Shown here: positions 10,701-17,897 of the stretch, piece after piece
How the letters are laid out: the number at the start of each line of letters is the position of its first letter
Numbering within the stretch: the first letter of the stretch is position 1
IMG/VR virus record: IMGVR_UViG_3300008255_000208
Location: 1-43,037 of that record
Strand: one strand, 5' to 3'
Length of the DNA: 43,037 nucleotides
Origin: a virus
Lineage: Duplodnaviria; Caudoviricetes
Position numbers and translations under genes: made by a program
Notes under the pieces: model-generated
Seen by the model: only the letters and a program-made list of their open reading frames with translations
What the model was told of the DNA's origin: nothing
Databases searched by the model: none

Positions 10701-13700
10701 GGTGGTGTTGAACAGCTCGTTGTAGAGCGTGGAGAGGTCGCGGCGGCGCGCGTCGTCCTCAAAAATCCAGTCCGTCCACGCCTGCGCGACCTTGGCAGCC
10801 TTCTCGGTGGCGGCTTCCGTCGCCGCCTGGTTGAGAGTCTGCGTGCCATCAGGGTTCTTGTCGTAAACCTGCGCTGCCTTCTGCGACAATGCCGCGCCGA
10901 TGATGCGGCTGATGTCCGCGCGATCGGTGCCGAACTCGATGCGAGCGGCAGGCGACGAGCTGCCCACGCTGAATTCCCACTGGCCACTCAGACGCACATA
11001 GTAGGCGCGCGCGCCCTTGCCCTGGGTGATGTGGTCGATGAACTCCCCGACATACTTGGGCGGTATCCAGTGCGCGCCAGGGCGCACCTCGATGTCAGCC
11101 GCTTCCACGTCCGGTGGCTGCACCGCTTCGAGCGCTTCGACATGGCCGGCGAACTTCGGCCCCGCCGCCTGTGCGGCCTTGAGCTTGGCCTTGACGTTGC
11201 CGGTGAGGTAGGCGTCACGGGTTTCGAGCGAGCCATCCGGCGTCTCGAACACCAGCCCCGCCAGCTCGGCAAGAATGGCCTCCTCGGGCTGGCCGTAGAG
11301 CTGGGACATATAGTCGAGGTCGATCTTGCCCATGACCGACAGGGACGCGGTGAGGGCATCCTTGGCGCTCTTGGTCGATGTCGGCGCCTTGTAGGGCGAC
11401 TGCGTGCGCTTGGTGAAGATCGCGGCCTTGGTGGCGGTCGGCGCGCGTGCGGCCTCGCCGGTGCGCTTCGCCACGGTCGGAGACACGCCCTTGTCAAAGG
11501 TGTCCTCCAGCGCTGCGAGCTGCGGCCAGGTGGGATCGTCACCGAAGACGCGGCGATTCGCGTCAGCGCTGATCGGGCCATGCACCTTGACGAAGGCGTC
11601 ATAGGATTTGTTGAGCAGGGCGCGCAGCTCCTCCATGTTGGCGCCGTCGCTCAGTTGCTCGCCGCGCAGCTCCACCAGCACGTCACGGATGCCGATCAGC
11701 CCCTTGGCACGCTCCAGCGCCGTGCCGGTCAGTTCCGCGGCTTCTGCCGTGGTTTCACCGGCGACGATGCCGGTGTTGATGGCGACGTTGCCGTTGGCGT
11801 CGATGAACATCGAGCCAGCCTTGATCTTCTTGTCCACCTGGGCGGCGCGGCTGCGCTCCACCACATCGTTGGTGCGGTCGCCCATCACGTCCGTGGGCAG
11901 GCGTGCCAGCGCAGCGGTCATCAGCTCGGCGGTGTTCTGGCCTTCCTTGGCGATCAGCGCCGGGTGACCATCGCGCCCGTACATGGTGCCGTAGCGCCCG
12001 AAGGTGCCCAACATCATTTCCGGGTGACGCACGAAATACTCGTTGAGGGCAAGCTGCTCGCCGCCTGCGGGATCTGCGACATACTCGGTGGCGATCCACG
12101 TCTCGCCATGCGGCTGCTCGTCGGGGCGGAGGCGGCGCAGGAACACGATGTCCGTGGTCACCTCGGTGCCAGCGTTCTTCGAGAACGCATTGTTGGGCAG
12201 GCGGATGGCGCCGAGGAACTCGGTGCGCGCCGCGATGTAGGAGCGCGCCTTGTCCTTGACCACCGCATCGAGGAACGAGCTGGTGACCACCATGCCCAGC
12301 ACGCCGTCGGCGCGCAGGAGGTCCACGCTCTTGGCGAAGAACATGTTGTGGATCGAGAAGTCGTTCAGCTTCGGGCGCTTCGGGTCGTAGAGCTTTTGGC
12401 TGCCGAACGGCGGGTTGCCGATGGCGAGGTCATAGTAGCCGTCAGGCGCGTCGAAATCCTGAAAGCCCTGATGCAGCACGCGCGCCTTGCCATACAAAGC
12501 CTTGGCGATGGCGGCAGTGATGCCATCGAACTCCACCGCGTGAAACTGCGGATCGAGCCCCACCGGACGTAGGCCAAGGAAGTTGCCGGTACCCACGCTG
12601 GGTTCGAGCACGCGGCCATTGGTAAAGCCGAGGTGCTGAACAGCCTTCCAGATCCCGTTGACGATCTCCGGGCTGGTGTAGTGGGCGTACTGTGTGGACT
12701 GACGGGCAGTCTCGAACTCCTCGGGGTCCAGCAACTGCTCGAGTTGTTTGGCGCGCTTCTCCCAGCCGTCAGCATAGGTGCCATCGGGGCGCTTGAACGC
12801 CTGTTGCAGGCCACCCCAGCCGACATAGCGAGCGAGCGCGGCCTTCTCCTCGGACGTGGCAACGCGGCCGGCGAGCGCCTTGACGATCTCGATGGCCTTG
12901 ATGTTGCCCTCGAACTTCGCCACGGCGCCACCGGCGCCGATGTCCTCGGGCGCCTCGATGCGATAGTCGGCAGCCGTCAGTCCGCTGCGATCTGTCCGAA
13001 CAGGCGTTCCAGCTCCGTCCGGTCCACTGGCTCGTCCGGTTCCGGTTCCGGCGTCGGCAGGAAGTTGTGCATCACCTCCATTGTCGCCTCGTCCTCCGTC
13101 ATCCCCTGGCTGCGCAGCGTCGCCACCTGCCGGGCTGCCCCGTCCACTTCCCGGTCCAGATACGTCTCCAGTTTCCCCGCCTGCTTCAACTGGCGGTACT
13201 TGCTCGGCTGGAACTCCTGCAGGTGGTTCAGCAGTTTGCTCCGCCAGCGGCTCAGATTGGCCATCGTCCTCTCCATCGGTCGGCGCGGATGCCAACAAGT
13301 CGGGGTCGCCGAACATGTCGCGCAGCATGGCGGCGAGCTTCTTGCCCTTGTAGACCGTCTCGTCAACTTTGATCTGGTTCGGGCGAGCGTCATAGGACGG
13401 GCCACCGGGACCACCGCCGCCCTGCCACGTGGCGCCGATTTCCTTATTGTAGGCGCTGATGAGCATGGCGTCACTGGCGTCCTCGCGGATCAGGCCAGCG
13501 AACAGCTCGGCGTGACGGCGGAACTTCCGGCGCAGATACTCCACGTCCGTGAGGAGCGCGTCATCAGGCCCGCGCTTGGCCATGCCGGCGGCATAGTTCG
13601 GCGCCAGGGCGGTAGCCTCCTCGATGATCGCCTTGGCCTCCTCGGCGCCATAGCGGGTGGTGAACGTCGCCTCCCACTGCTTCACGCTCTCGGGGATGCG

Positions 13701-15803
13701 CGTGCCCGTCTGGTAGCCGATGGACTCGATACGCTTGCGTATCTGGTCGGCGCGAGCGCCCTTGGCATCGGTCAGTTGCCGCTCCAGCGCAGCGACGATC
13801 TGCCCGTAGCGGGTGTTCATCGCCAGCTCGCCGGCATAATTGTCCACGTCGCGGGCGCGATCCTCGGCCGTCGCCGGTTTCGCATCGGGTTTGGTGGCTG
13901 GCGTCTCGGCCTTGGCCTTCTCCACCTTCGGCTGCACCACCTTGCCCACGGGCTTGGCGCTATCGCCCTCGGCCAGCCAGCGCTTGAAACCGGGCATCGT
14001 CATGCCGGTGATGTTGCCGATGCGCTGGGCGCCCTTGCCGTCGCTGAAACCTGCCTCGTACAACAGCTTGGCCTCGGGCACGCTCTCGGCGCCGAGGATA
14101 GCCTTGTGCTCGTCAAACTTGCCGGTGTCGGCGTCGAGCTGATCGACCACGAACACCACGCCCGAGGTCGGGTTCTCCCCGATATAGACATCCACCTGCT
14201 CGCCATCGGCGCCGGTGGTGCGCTTGATGTAGCCGTAGTGCGCGGGCATTTCGACGGACCATTCGGAGCCGTCCGGTGCGGTGCCCTTGCGGGTGGCGCC
14301 CTTCGGGCTCTCGATGGTGATGTCGAGCCCGTCGATGTTGACGTGCCCCTTCTTATAGTTTCCGGCCTCGGCCTGCGCAGGCGTCGGTTCGGCGTTCACC
14401 TCGGCGCCAACAGTTTCCAGATCCTGCGCAGTCTCGATGGGCGCCGGATTGGAGGGCGACGTGATGGGCTCGCCGGTGGGTGACGGCGCCACCACTTCGC
14501 TCTCTATGGGCGGTTCGGCCGCGACTTCGGGCTCTGCAACCACCTCGGCAGGCGGGATGGGTGCCAATTCCTCTGCCGCTGGGGCAGGCGTGGGCTCCTC
14601 GACTATGGCCGGTACGGTAGGCTCCGCCACCACGGGAGGGGCCTCAGCGGTCAAATTTGGAGCGTTTTCGTCTTCGGGCAGCTCAACGATGGGTTCGGGC
14701 TGGGCGATGGGGGCAAAGCCCTTCTCGGTCAGCGCCGTGTTGATGCGGTCCACCATCGTGGGCTCGGTGGGCTTGGGCTCGCGCACCAGCACCGTCTTGG
14801 GCAGGAGATTGCGCAGTGCAGCCGCGCCCTTCTCCACCGCGCCATAGGTGGCATCCACCGCCTGGTTGGCCGGATGCGCCACGGCGCCCATGATCGGGCC
14901 AGCGATGGCGCCCATGATCGCAGCGTCTTTGACGCGATCCAGCGCCTCGCCCCACGACATGTCGGGCTGGAGGTAGCCCATGTCGATGCCGACTTGCAGC
15001 GCCTCGGTGACGGATTCCTGCACAGCCTCGGCGCCCATCGTGCGGATCAGGCGGGTGAGAAACTTGGTGCCGGGCTTGAGGAGCACGGCCAGCGGCAGCG
15101 CCTCGGGGATGGCCTCGGCAGCGGCATAGAGCGCGGCATACTCGCGGGCGCTGCGGGGATCGAGCCCCTTTTCGCGCGCCTCGGCGTAGGAGGTGCCGCC
15201 CACCTGGGCGCCGATGGCGATCATCGCCGGGGCAGGATTGCGGGCAAGGATCGAGAGCGCCAGCCCCGGTGCCATTTCGGCAACGGAGCCGATGGCGCCC
15301 GAGACATACTGTTCGAGCGAGTCCGGCGCCACGTCCACGGGCGCCAGTTGCTCCTTGGCCTGCATGAAGTGGAGCTGGCCGCGCAGCGAATTGATGGCAG
15401 CCTCGCGGCCCACTTCCATCGAGAACTGCTCGCGCACAGCCGGATCGGTCGCCGCCTCGGCTGCGATCATGCCCTTATCAGCGCTCCAGAGCTGGAACGT
15501 GAGATTGTCGGCGTACTGCTCGGGCGGCATGTCCAGCTCGGGCAAGCCCTCCTGGCCCTTCTCCGCCGACATTTGCTCAATGCCAGCGATGCCCATGCCG
15601 ATGCGGGCAGGGGCGTTCATCACAGCGGTGCCGGTGGCCTCGATCAGCGTGTCGTAGGGGTTGATGCCCATCCGATGATCGAACTCGCGGCGCTCCATCG
15701 AGCCCGCGTAGAACTTCTTGAACAGACCTTCGGCCAGAACATCGTCTGGCACGTCCTTGTACGCGGGGTTCTCCACGCGGAAGGTGTCGAGCTTGGTAAC
15801 CAT
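4680..15803 (-). CDS. Giant polyvalent internal virion protein, DarB-like (pyrophosphatase-like, N6-adenine MTase, SNF2 helicase, HExxH zincin, LPD38-like)
   Basis: 3707-aa ORF after the ejection genes. AQAEAGNYKKGH/HYGYI/DVYIG/FDEHK (~13960-14390); VLEPSVGTGNF and GNPPF (12405-12612); HVVGAGKT, DEAH, FATGTP, QREGRIIRQGN (~8910-10640); HEMAH (7692-7706); IKIPRPYDIG near the C-terminus. Confidence 0.92.
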   Translation of the reverse strand: MVTKLDTFRVENPAYKDVPDDVLAEGLFKKFYAGSMERREFDHRMGINPYDTLIEATGTAVMNAPARIGMGIAGIEQMSAEKGQEGLPELDMPPEQYADNLTFQLWSADKGMIAAEAATDPAVREQFSMEVGREAAINSLRGQLHFMQAKEQLAPVDVAPDSLEQYVSGAIGSVAEMAPGLALSILARNPAPAMIAIGAQVGGTSYAEAREKGLDPRSAREYAALYAAAEAIPEALPLAVLLKPGTKFLTRLIRTMGAEAVQESVTEALQVGIDMGYLQPDMSWGEALDRVKDAAIMGAIAGPIMGAVAHPANQAVDATYGAVEKGAAALRNLLPKTVLVREPKPTEPTMVDRINTALTEKGFAPIAQPEPIVELPEDENAPNLTAEAPPVVAEPTVPAIVEEPTPAPAAEELAPIPPAEVVAEPEVAAEPPIESEVVAPSPTGEPITSPSNPAPIETAQDLETVGAEVNAEPTPAQAEAGNYKKGHVNIDGLDITIESPKGATRKGTAPDGSEWSVEMPAHYGYIKRTTGADGEQVDVYIGENPTSGVVFVVDQLDADTGKFDEHKAILGAESVPEAKLLYEAGFSDGKGAQRIGNITGMTMPGFKRWLAEGDSAKPVGKVVQPKVEKAKAETPATKPDAKPATAEDRARDVDNYAGELAMNTRYGQIVAALERQLTDAKGARADQIRKRIESIGYQTGTRIPESVKQWEATFTTRYGAEEAKAIIEEATALAPNYAAGMAKRGPDDALLTDVEYLRRKFRRHAELFAGLIREDASDAMLISAYNKEIGATWQGGGGPGGPSYDARPNQIKVDETVYKGKKLAAMLRDMFGDPDLLASAPTDGEDDGQSEPLAEQTAEPPAGVPAEQVPPVEAGGETGDVSGPGSGRGSPAGGDAAQPGDDGGRGDNGGDAQLPADAGTGTGRASGPDGAGTPVRTDRSGLTAADYRIEAPEDIGAGGAVAKFEGNIKAIEIVKALAGRVATSEEKAALARYVGWGGLQQAFKRPDGTYADGWEKRAKQLEQLLDPEEFETARQSTQYAHYTSPEIVNGIWKAVQHLGFTNGRVLEPSVGTGNFLGLRPVGLDPQFHAVEFDGITAAIAKALYGKARVLHQGFQDFDAPDGYYDLAIGNPPFGSQKLYDPKRPKLNDFSIHNMFFAKSVDLLRADGVLGMVVTSSFLDAVVKDKARSYIAARTEFLGAIRLPNNAFSKNAGTEVTTDIVFLRRLRPDEQPHGETWIATEYVADPAGGEQLALNEYFVRHPEMMLGTFGRYGTMYGRDGHPALIAKEGQNTAELMTAALARLPTDVMGDRTNDVVERSRAAQVDKKIKAGSMFIDANGNVAINTGIVAGETTAEAAELTGTALERAKGLIGIRDVLVELRGEQLSDGANMEELRALLNKSYDAFVKVHGPISADANRRVFGDDPTWPQLAALEDTFDKGVSPTVAKRTGEAARAPTATKAAIFTKRTQSPYKAPTSTKSAKDALTASLSVMGKIDLDYMSQLYGQPEEAILAELAGLVFETPDGSLETRDAYLTGNVKAKLKAAQAAGPKFAGHVEALEAVQPPDVEAADIEVRPGAHWIPPKYVGEFIDHITQGKGARAYYVRLSGQWEFSVGSSSPAARIEFGTDRADISRIIGAALSQKAAQVYDKNPDGTQTLNQAATEAATEKAAKVAQAWTDWIFEDDARRRDLSTLYNELFNTTIQREFDGSHLQLPGKVGNDIIRLRPHQLNGVWRILQSDTTLLDHVVGAGKTYTMVAAAMELRRTGFAKKPLLTVPNHLVGQWAEDFLRLYPGARILAATKKDFEAKNRKKLFARIATGDWDAIIIGHSSIGRIDLDKQFQIEFLREQVTELEAGIAEIKLAGGKDTRTVKQAEKQREALEERMKRLADTGRKDDNLTFQELGIDALLLDEAHEFKNLFYITGMRSVMGLGNPAGSQKAMDMFMKVRAVQKRTGGRNIVFATGTPISNTMAEMFTMQRYLDYEDMRQRGVLHFDAWARQFADATPDWELSPTGAYKLVTRFRRFVNMPELMQRYQAFSDVITRDDINRQLAAQGKKLPIPKITGGKPLNTVVERSDAQATLMSQLVYRAENMPKRPEKGGDNMLAIMSDARKGALDMRLVDPNAADYPGSKANVMIGKALALWRQWDKQRGAQLIFIDLSTPKAAKGREAQRIRDLITQAEAGDEAAQEAVDKLSPDEIAALDSDFSVYDDVKAKLIAKGVPEAEIAFIHDANTELQKEELFGKVRSGRVRFLLGSTPKMGAGMNVQERLVALHHLDAPWRPSDLEQREGRIIRQGNSLYTADPDGFEVGIFRYATDQTLDSRMWQTIEQKATFIEQVRKGVGGRVIEDVSAESMNAAEMKAASSGNPDILAEMTLRKRVRTLENQRREHQRDQARVKDTIERLTKSNEYLAEQLPLIEEDAKIETGEFVAKIGGESFEKPSEAGVKMMELIDGALKDNKTSAELGTIFGVPVSFQISKSLSPYVAVATKRELTFDIGEKTTALSLVMSIRRSIRELPAEAEQMKARIEAQEADIPKLREKLGPWLLEDEHDAQQAAYDEVVKRLRAPKGSAAAQRPATPEAVEAMSAAQVEEAETASDTSALAGADQPMPKYVATYSVAGVPQRPASGNTVNVGNGLTISLPELDKPMRREGVRTRIEDIVGTRLYYGKIKGQSRLGFYRRSNSEIRLRNYDDIEVMAHEMAHYLDFHYEHRARFASARLSTTLKDEIKQLSYTSDPAQYVKEGFAEYVRLWITNYPAAIAAVPSFTTHFEAQLAADKVLDKKMRRLQEDAHKWFFQGAHAQLRAKSGEEYTPSEAVIRYFQSYPAERLRQETIDKIHAAKVVERTLNGGIADATRSAYKQFQMVNGAESLHESIVKDGTIGLTVDGSFLETGIGLTKVFWPVAKHGWKRFDLLMDYFKARRGNELMRQGRENLFTKEEITAGLDLARQYPEFAQVFGAYQEFNSRMLDFFEQMGLLTYDQRDAFAQMNANYVPFHRVGKMIEEGNRGDGASRIGARLKGGTQNIRDVAENIIEGLFANIRAALIARAKATLYRQILKHQDGSLFAARIGTDSKLVKVRLDEMANTVAKAMADLGLGISKNGLMVNQPQVQNAVYDVADIADVLRQNPDMLSFWMLNQPPKTDGDTYVDSAVIDGERVWMEVREPLLVDMLTGMRGLTAGAVLKTLYRVKNLQTRTVTSMLQFLGPNAIRDTVSAAVLSKNAFLPVIDTMIGMGHVILKTPLYRDMRRQGAGYGTRIEARTEETRSRRQLDLPARNGWDLAAKFLAGYDRFTSAFEYGSRMGDYRRGMKASRTPLEAAWQAREITTDFSKIGRNEFWAKFIRTVPFMNASIQGIDKTAREFSEIDGKMTVGNLAKFNRSKAAFILKGGVITTMTLILWLLNKDDDRYKALTEDERARFWWIFVPGLDKPIKIPRPYDIGHIFATIPEIVLNLINDKDGEAAAKQMAWVALNSLAIGDYPGIFQPMIEVQANKDWRGAPIVPNHMLDMPARYQFTERTPQIYIALGETLGVSPLVAEHYAQGYLRYVEAYIADATEALFWKQDKWGDRPFQRGPVDYLIHQFAGQKVPYRTKWTEGYYDLKTRAAGMRQAFGQLQALAVKDKTRLDAFMLDKMNTQLVALDTTFGRIDAAFEDQNAFLMSVKYNPNLSRPDKEAQIEGYYEQKNDALAVSFKQIKAALDEVERSTAR
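12977..13264 (-). CDS. Nested alternative-frame gene (95 aa, helical), possibly TnpV/DUF1896-like
   Basis: GGAGAGGACG-ATG start. By hand count 82/95 codons end in G/C in this frame versus 37/95 in the host frame. Protein-like sequence MANLSRWRSKLLNHLQEFQPSKYRQLKQAGKLETYLD... Confidence 0.8.
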   Translation of the reverse strand: MANLSRWRSKLLNHLQEFQPSKYRQLKQAGKLETYLDREVDGAARQVATLRSQGMTEDEATMEVMHNFLPTPEPEPDEPVDRTELERLFGQIAAD

Positions 15804-15818
15804 GTGCCCCTACAGTGC

Positions 15819-16787
15819 TTAGAGAATTCCCATCGGATCGGCGGGATTGGTCGGTGCAGCCGGCGCGGCCGGTGCAAATGCGTTCGAGCCCGGTGGGCCA
15901 GCCGGGTTGGCGCCGGGCGCGGCTCCGGGGAACTGGATGCCCAGCTCCTGCGCTGCCTGCTTCACCGCCTGGGCATGGGTCGCACCCTTGACGAAATACT
16001 GGCTGGCGCGGGTGGCGATCTCCTGCGCCTTGGCGCGGCTGTTCGGGTCGAGCGTCTGGAGGTTGCCCGCCTGGTCGAACACGCCACCCAGCAGCTCGGC
16101 CGACTGGCGGAAGATCAGGCTGGCGTCGGCGCTCTCGATATTGCCGCCACCGGCCTTTGCCAGCTCCTCGGCAATCTTGTTGGCCGACTTCTGGCCTTCG
16201 AGCGCCATCGCGTTGCTGTGCTCGGTTTCGGCGGTCTGCTCTTTGGTGATCGTCTCGTAGAGCTTGTCCACCTCAACGGCCTTGGCGAGCTGGGCGCGCA
16301 CGAAGTTCTCGTCATACTCAGCCGGGAACTTGCCACGTTCGGCTTCGGGGATGGTCGAGAGGAGCTGGGCATAGGCAGCTTTGGGGTCGGGCGCCTGCAA
16401 GATGCCAGCAGCGGTGCGGCCCAGCACCTCCACCTCTTGCAGCTTCGCCTTGCGCCCGGCCTCGTCCATTTTGGAGAAGGCGTCCATGATCTGCCCGGCG
16501 AGCTGGGGATTGAGGGAAATCAGCTCGGGCAGTGCGCCTTTGTCACCACCGGCATAGCGCGCTGCGGCACCACGGGCAGCGGCGTCACGCTCGGCCCCTG
16601 CCGTCGCGGCCGACATGTTGGCACGGGTCGCAGCCATGTTGAGGTTGTGCGCCTCGCCCTGGCGCTCGAAGGTCACCGCGTCACGGCCCTCGCGCTTGAG
16701 TGCCAGCTCGCGATCCTGACGCGCGCCTTTGGTGGCCTCCACCGTGCGGTAGATGCCACCGAGATCAATCCCCAATGCGTTCGCCAT
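15819..16787 (-). CDS. Putative DNA ejection / internal virion protein
   Basis: Ala/Gln-rich helical protein lying between the gp7-like gene and the giant gene. Confidence 0.7.
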   Translation of the reverse strand: MANALGIDLGGIYRTVEATKGARQDRELALKREGRDAVTFERQGEAHNLNMAATRANMSAATAGAERDAAARGAAARYAGGDKGALPELISLNPQLAGQIMDAFSKMDEAGRKAKLQEVEVLGRTAAGILQAPDPKAAYAQLLSTIPEAERGKFPAEYDENFVRAQLAKAVEVDKLYETITKEQTAETEHSNAMALEGQKSANKIAEELAKAGGGNIESADASLIFRQSAELLGGVFDQAGNLQTLDPNSRAKAQEIATRASQYFVKGATHAQAVKQAAQELGIQFPGAAPGANPAGPPGSNAFAPAAPAAPTNPADPMGIL

Positions 16788-16791
16788 CAGA

Positions 16792-17475
16792 TCACCCGAG
16801 CTGCTTGTAGAGGAGGTAGTTTTCGATGCCGGTGTTGAGCGCGGAGCCGGTGTTGTTCATCGCCCCCGACCACGCCTGCCCTTGCTGCCACGCGCCATTG
16901 GCAAAGGCATTGCCGGTGTTGTTGTTGGCCGCGATGATGTTGTTGGTGTTCGCGGCGCCAGAGGCAGCGGTGGCCTCGGTGGCACGCTGGCCCACACCCG
17001 CCACGCTGGCGAGGGTGTTGAAATTGGTGGTCTTGGCGTTCGCCGCGCGGGCATAGGCGCGGTCGTACTCATTGCTCGCGAAGTTCTGGCCGTACTGCGT
17101 CAGGGCCACGCCGGTGGCGCCCGAGAACACATTGCCACGCGCGGCGGCGCTGCGCTCGATGGCCTTCTCGCCCTCGGCCTTGCGGAAGTCGTAGCCGGGA
17201 TCGGCCTCGAAGTTGAACACGGACGGGTCGAACGAACCGTCTTCCATGCCCGTCTTGATCTTGGCCAGCGCCTCGGTGCCAGCCTCGCGCCACGGCGCCA
17301 TGTCCGCGCGATCGGTGTCGTACTGGCGGCGCGATTCCGCGATGCTCGCTTGCTGGGACTGCACCTGGGCGGCAGTGCCCTTCGCCGCGGCGTCGGCCTG
17401 CATGGCGCCACCGAGTAGAGAAACGCCCCCACCGATCACGGCAGAGGCGACGATAGCTCCAACGGTCCCGATCAT
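16792..17475 (-). CDS. DNA ejection (pilot) protein, P22 gp7-like
   Basis: Gly/Ala-rich N-terminus; APWREAG, DPGYDFR and RSAAARG...SGAT motifs; ATGA coupling at 17472-17475. Confidence 0.8.
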   Translation of the reverse strand: MIGTVGAIVASAVIGGGVSLLGGAMQADAAAKGTAAQVQSQQASIAESRRQYDTDRADMAPWREAGTEALAKIKTGMEDGSFDPSVFNFEADPGYDFRKAEGEKAIERSAAARGNVFSGATGVALTQYGQNFASNEYDRAYARAANAKTTNFNTLASVAGVGQRATEATAASGAANTNNIIAANNNTGNAFANGAWQQGQAWSGAMNNTGSALNTGIENYLLYKQLG

Positions 17476-17897
17476 TCGCGCCCCCTTCGGTACGTCTTGT
17501 CTCGCAACACATATCCGCGCCGCAACAGCATCTTGTCCACCCCCGGTGGGGTGAAGTGGTCGAGGGTTGACATGTTGATGTCGCTCGCCCCTCGCTCCCA
17601 CGCCCAATCTTCGAAGGCAGCCAGTAGCTTGCCACCGTTACCATCTTCGGCCCACCACCACAATTCGACGGCTTGGACATGCTGGGGATTGTAGTAGAGC
17701 GGCGCCAGTACCCCGGCAATCACGCCCTTCTCCGAGACGAACACCCCCGCTGATTCGCTGGGGATCAGGATCTGGCAGAAGGCGAGACAACCATCGAGGG
17801 TGGCCGGTGGCATCTGCGCCGCCTCGATGAACTTGAGCCCGAGGCGAGCGCAGTGCTCGGCGTCTTTGATGGTAGCGGCGCGGATTGGGTTACTCAT
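17472..17897 (-). CDS. GNAT acetyltransferase-like protein in the podovirus pre-ejection gene slot
   Basis: IRAATIKD start; ELWWW...GGKLLAAFEDWAWERGA...LLRRGY. Confidence 0.8.
   Translation of the reverse strand: MSNPIRAATIKDAEHCARLGLKFIEAAQMPPATLDGCLAFCQILIPSESAGVFVSEKGVIAGVLAPLYYNPQHVQAVELWWWAEDGNGGKLLAAFEDWAWERGASDINMSTLDHFTPPGVDKMLLRRGYVLRDKTYRRGRE

Noticed and set aside
13265-13474. 70-aa N-terminal extension of the nested ORF in the ORF track
   Set aside because: R/S/P/T-rich off-frame sequence; the SD and protein-like sequence begin at ATG 13264.
14440-14700. Pro/Glu/Ala linker of the giant protein with relaxed codon bias, considered for a second nested gene
   Set aside because: No same-strand alternative ORF spans it in the track; it looks like an ordinary fast-evolving linker.
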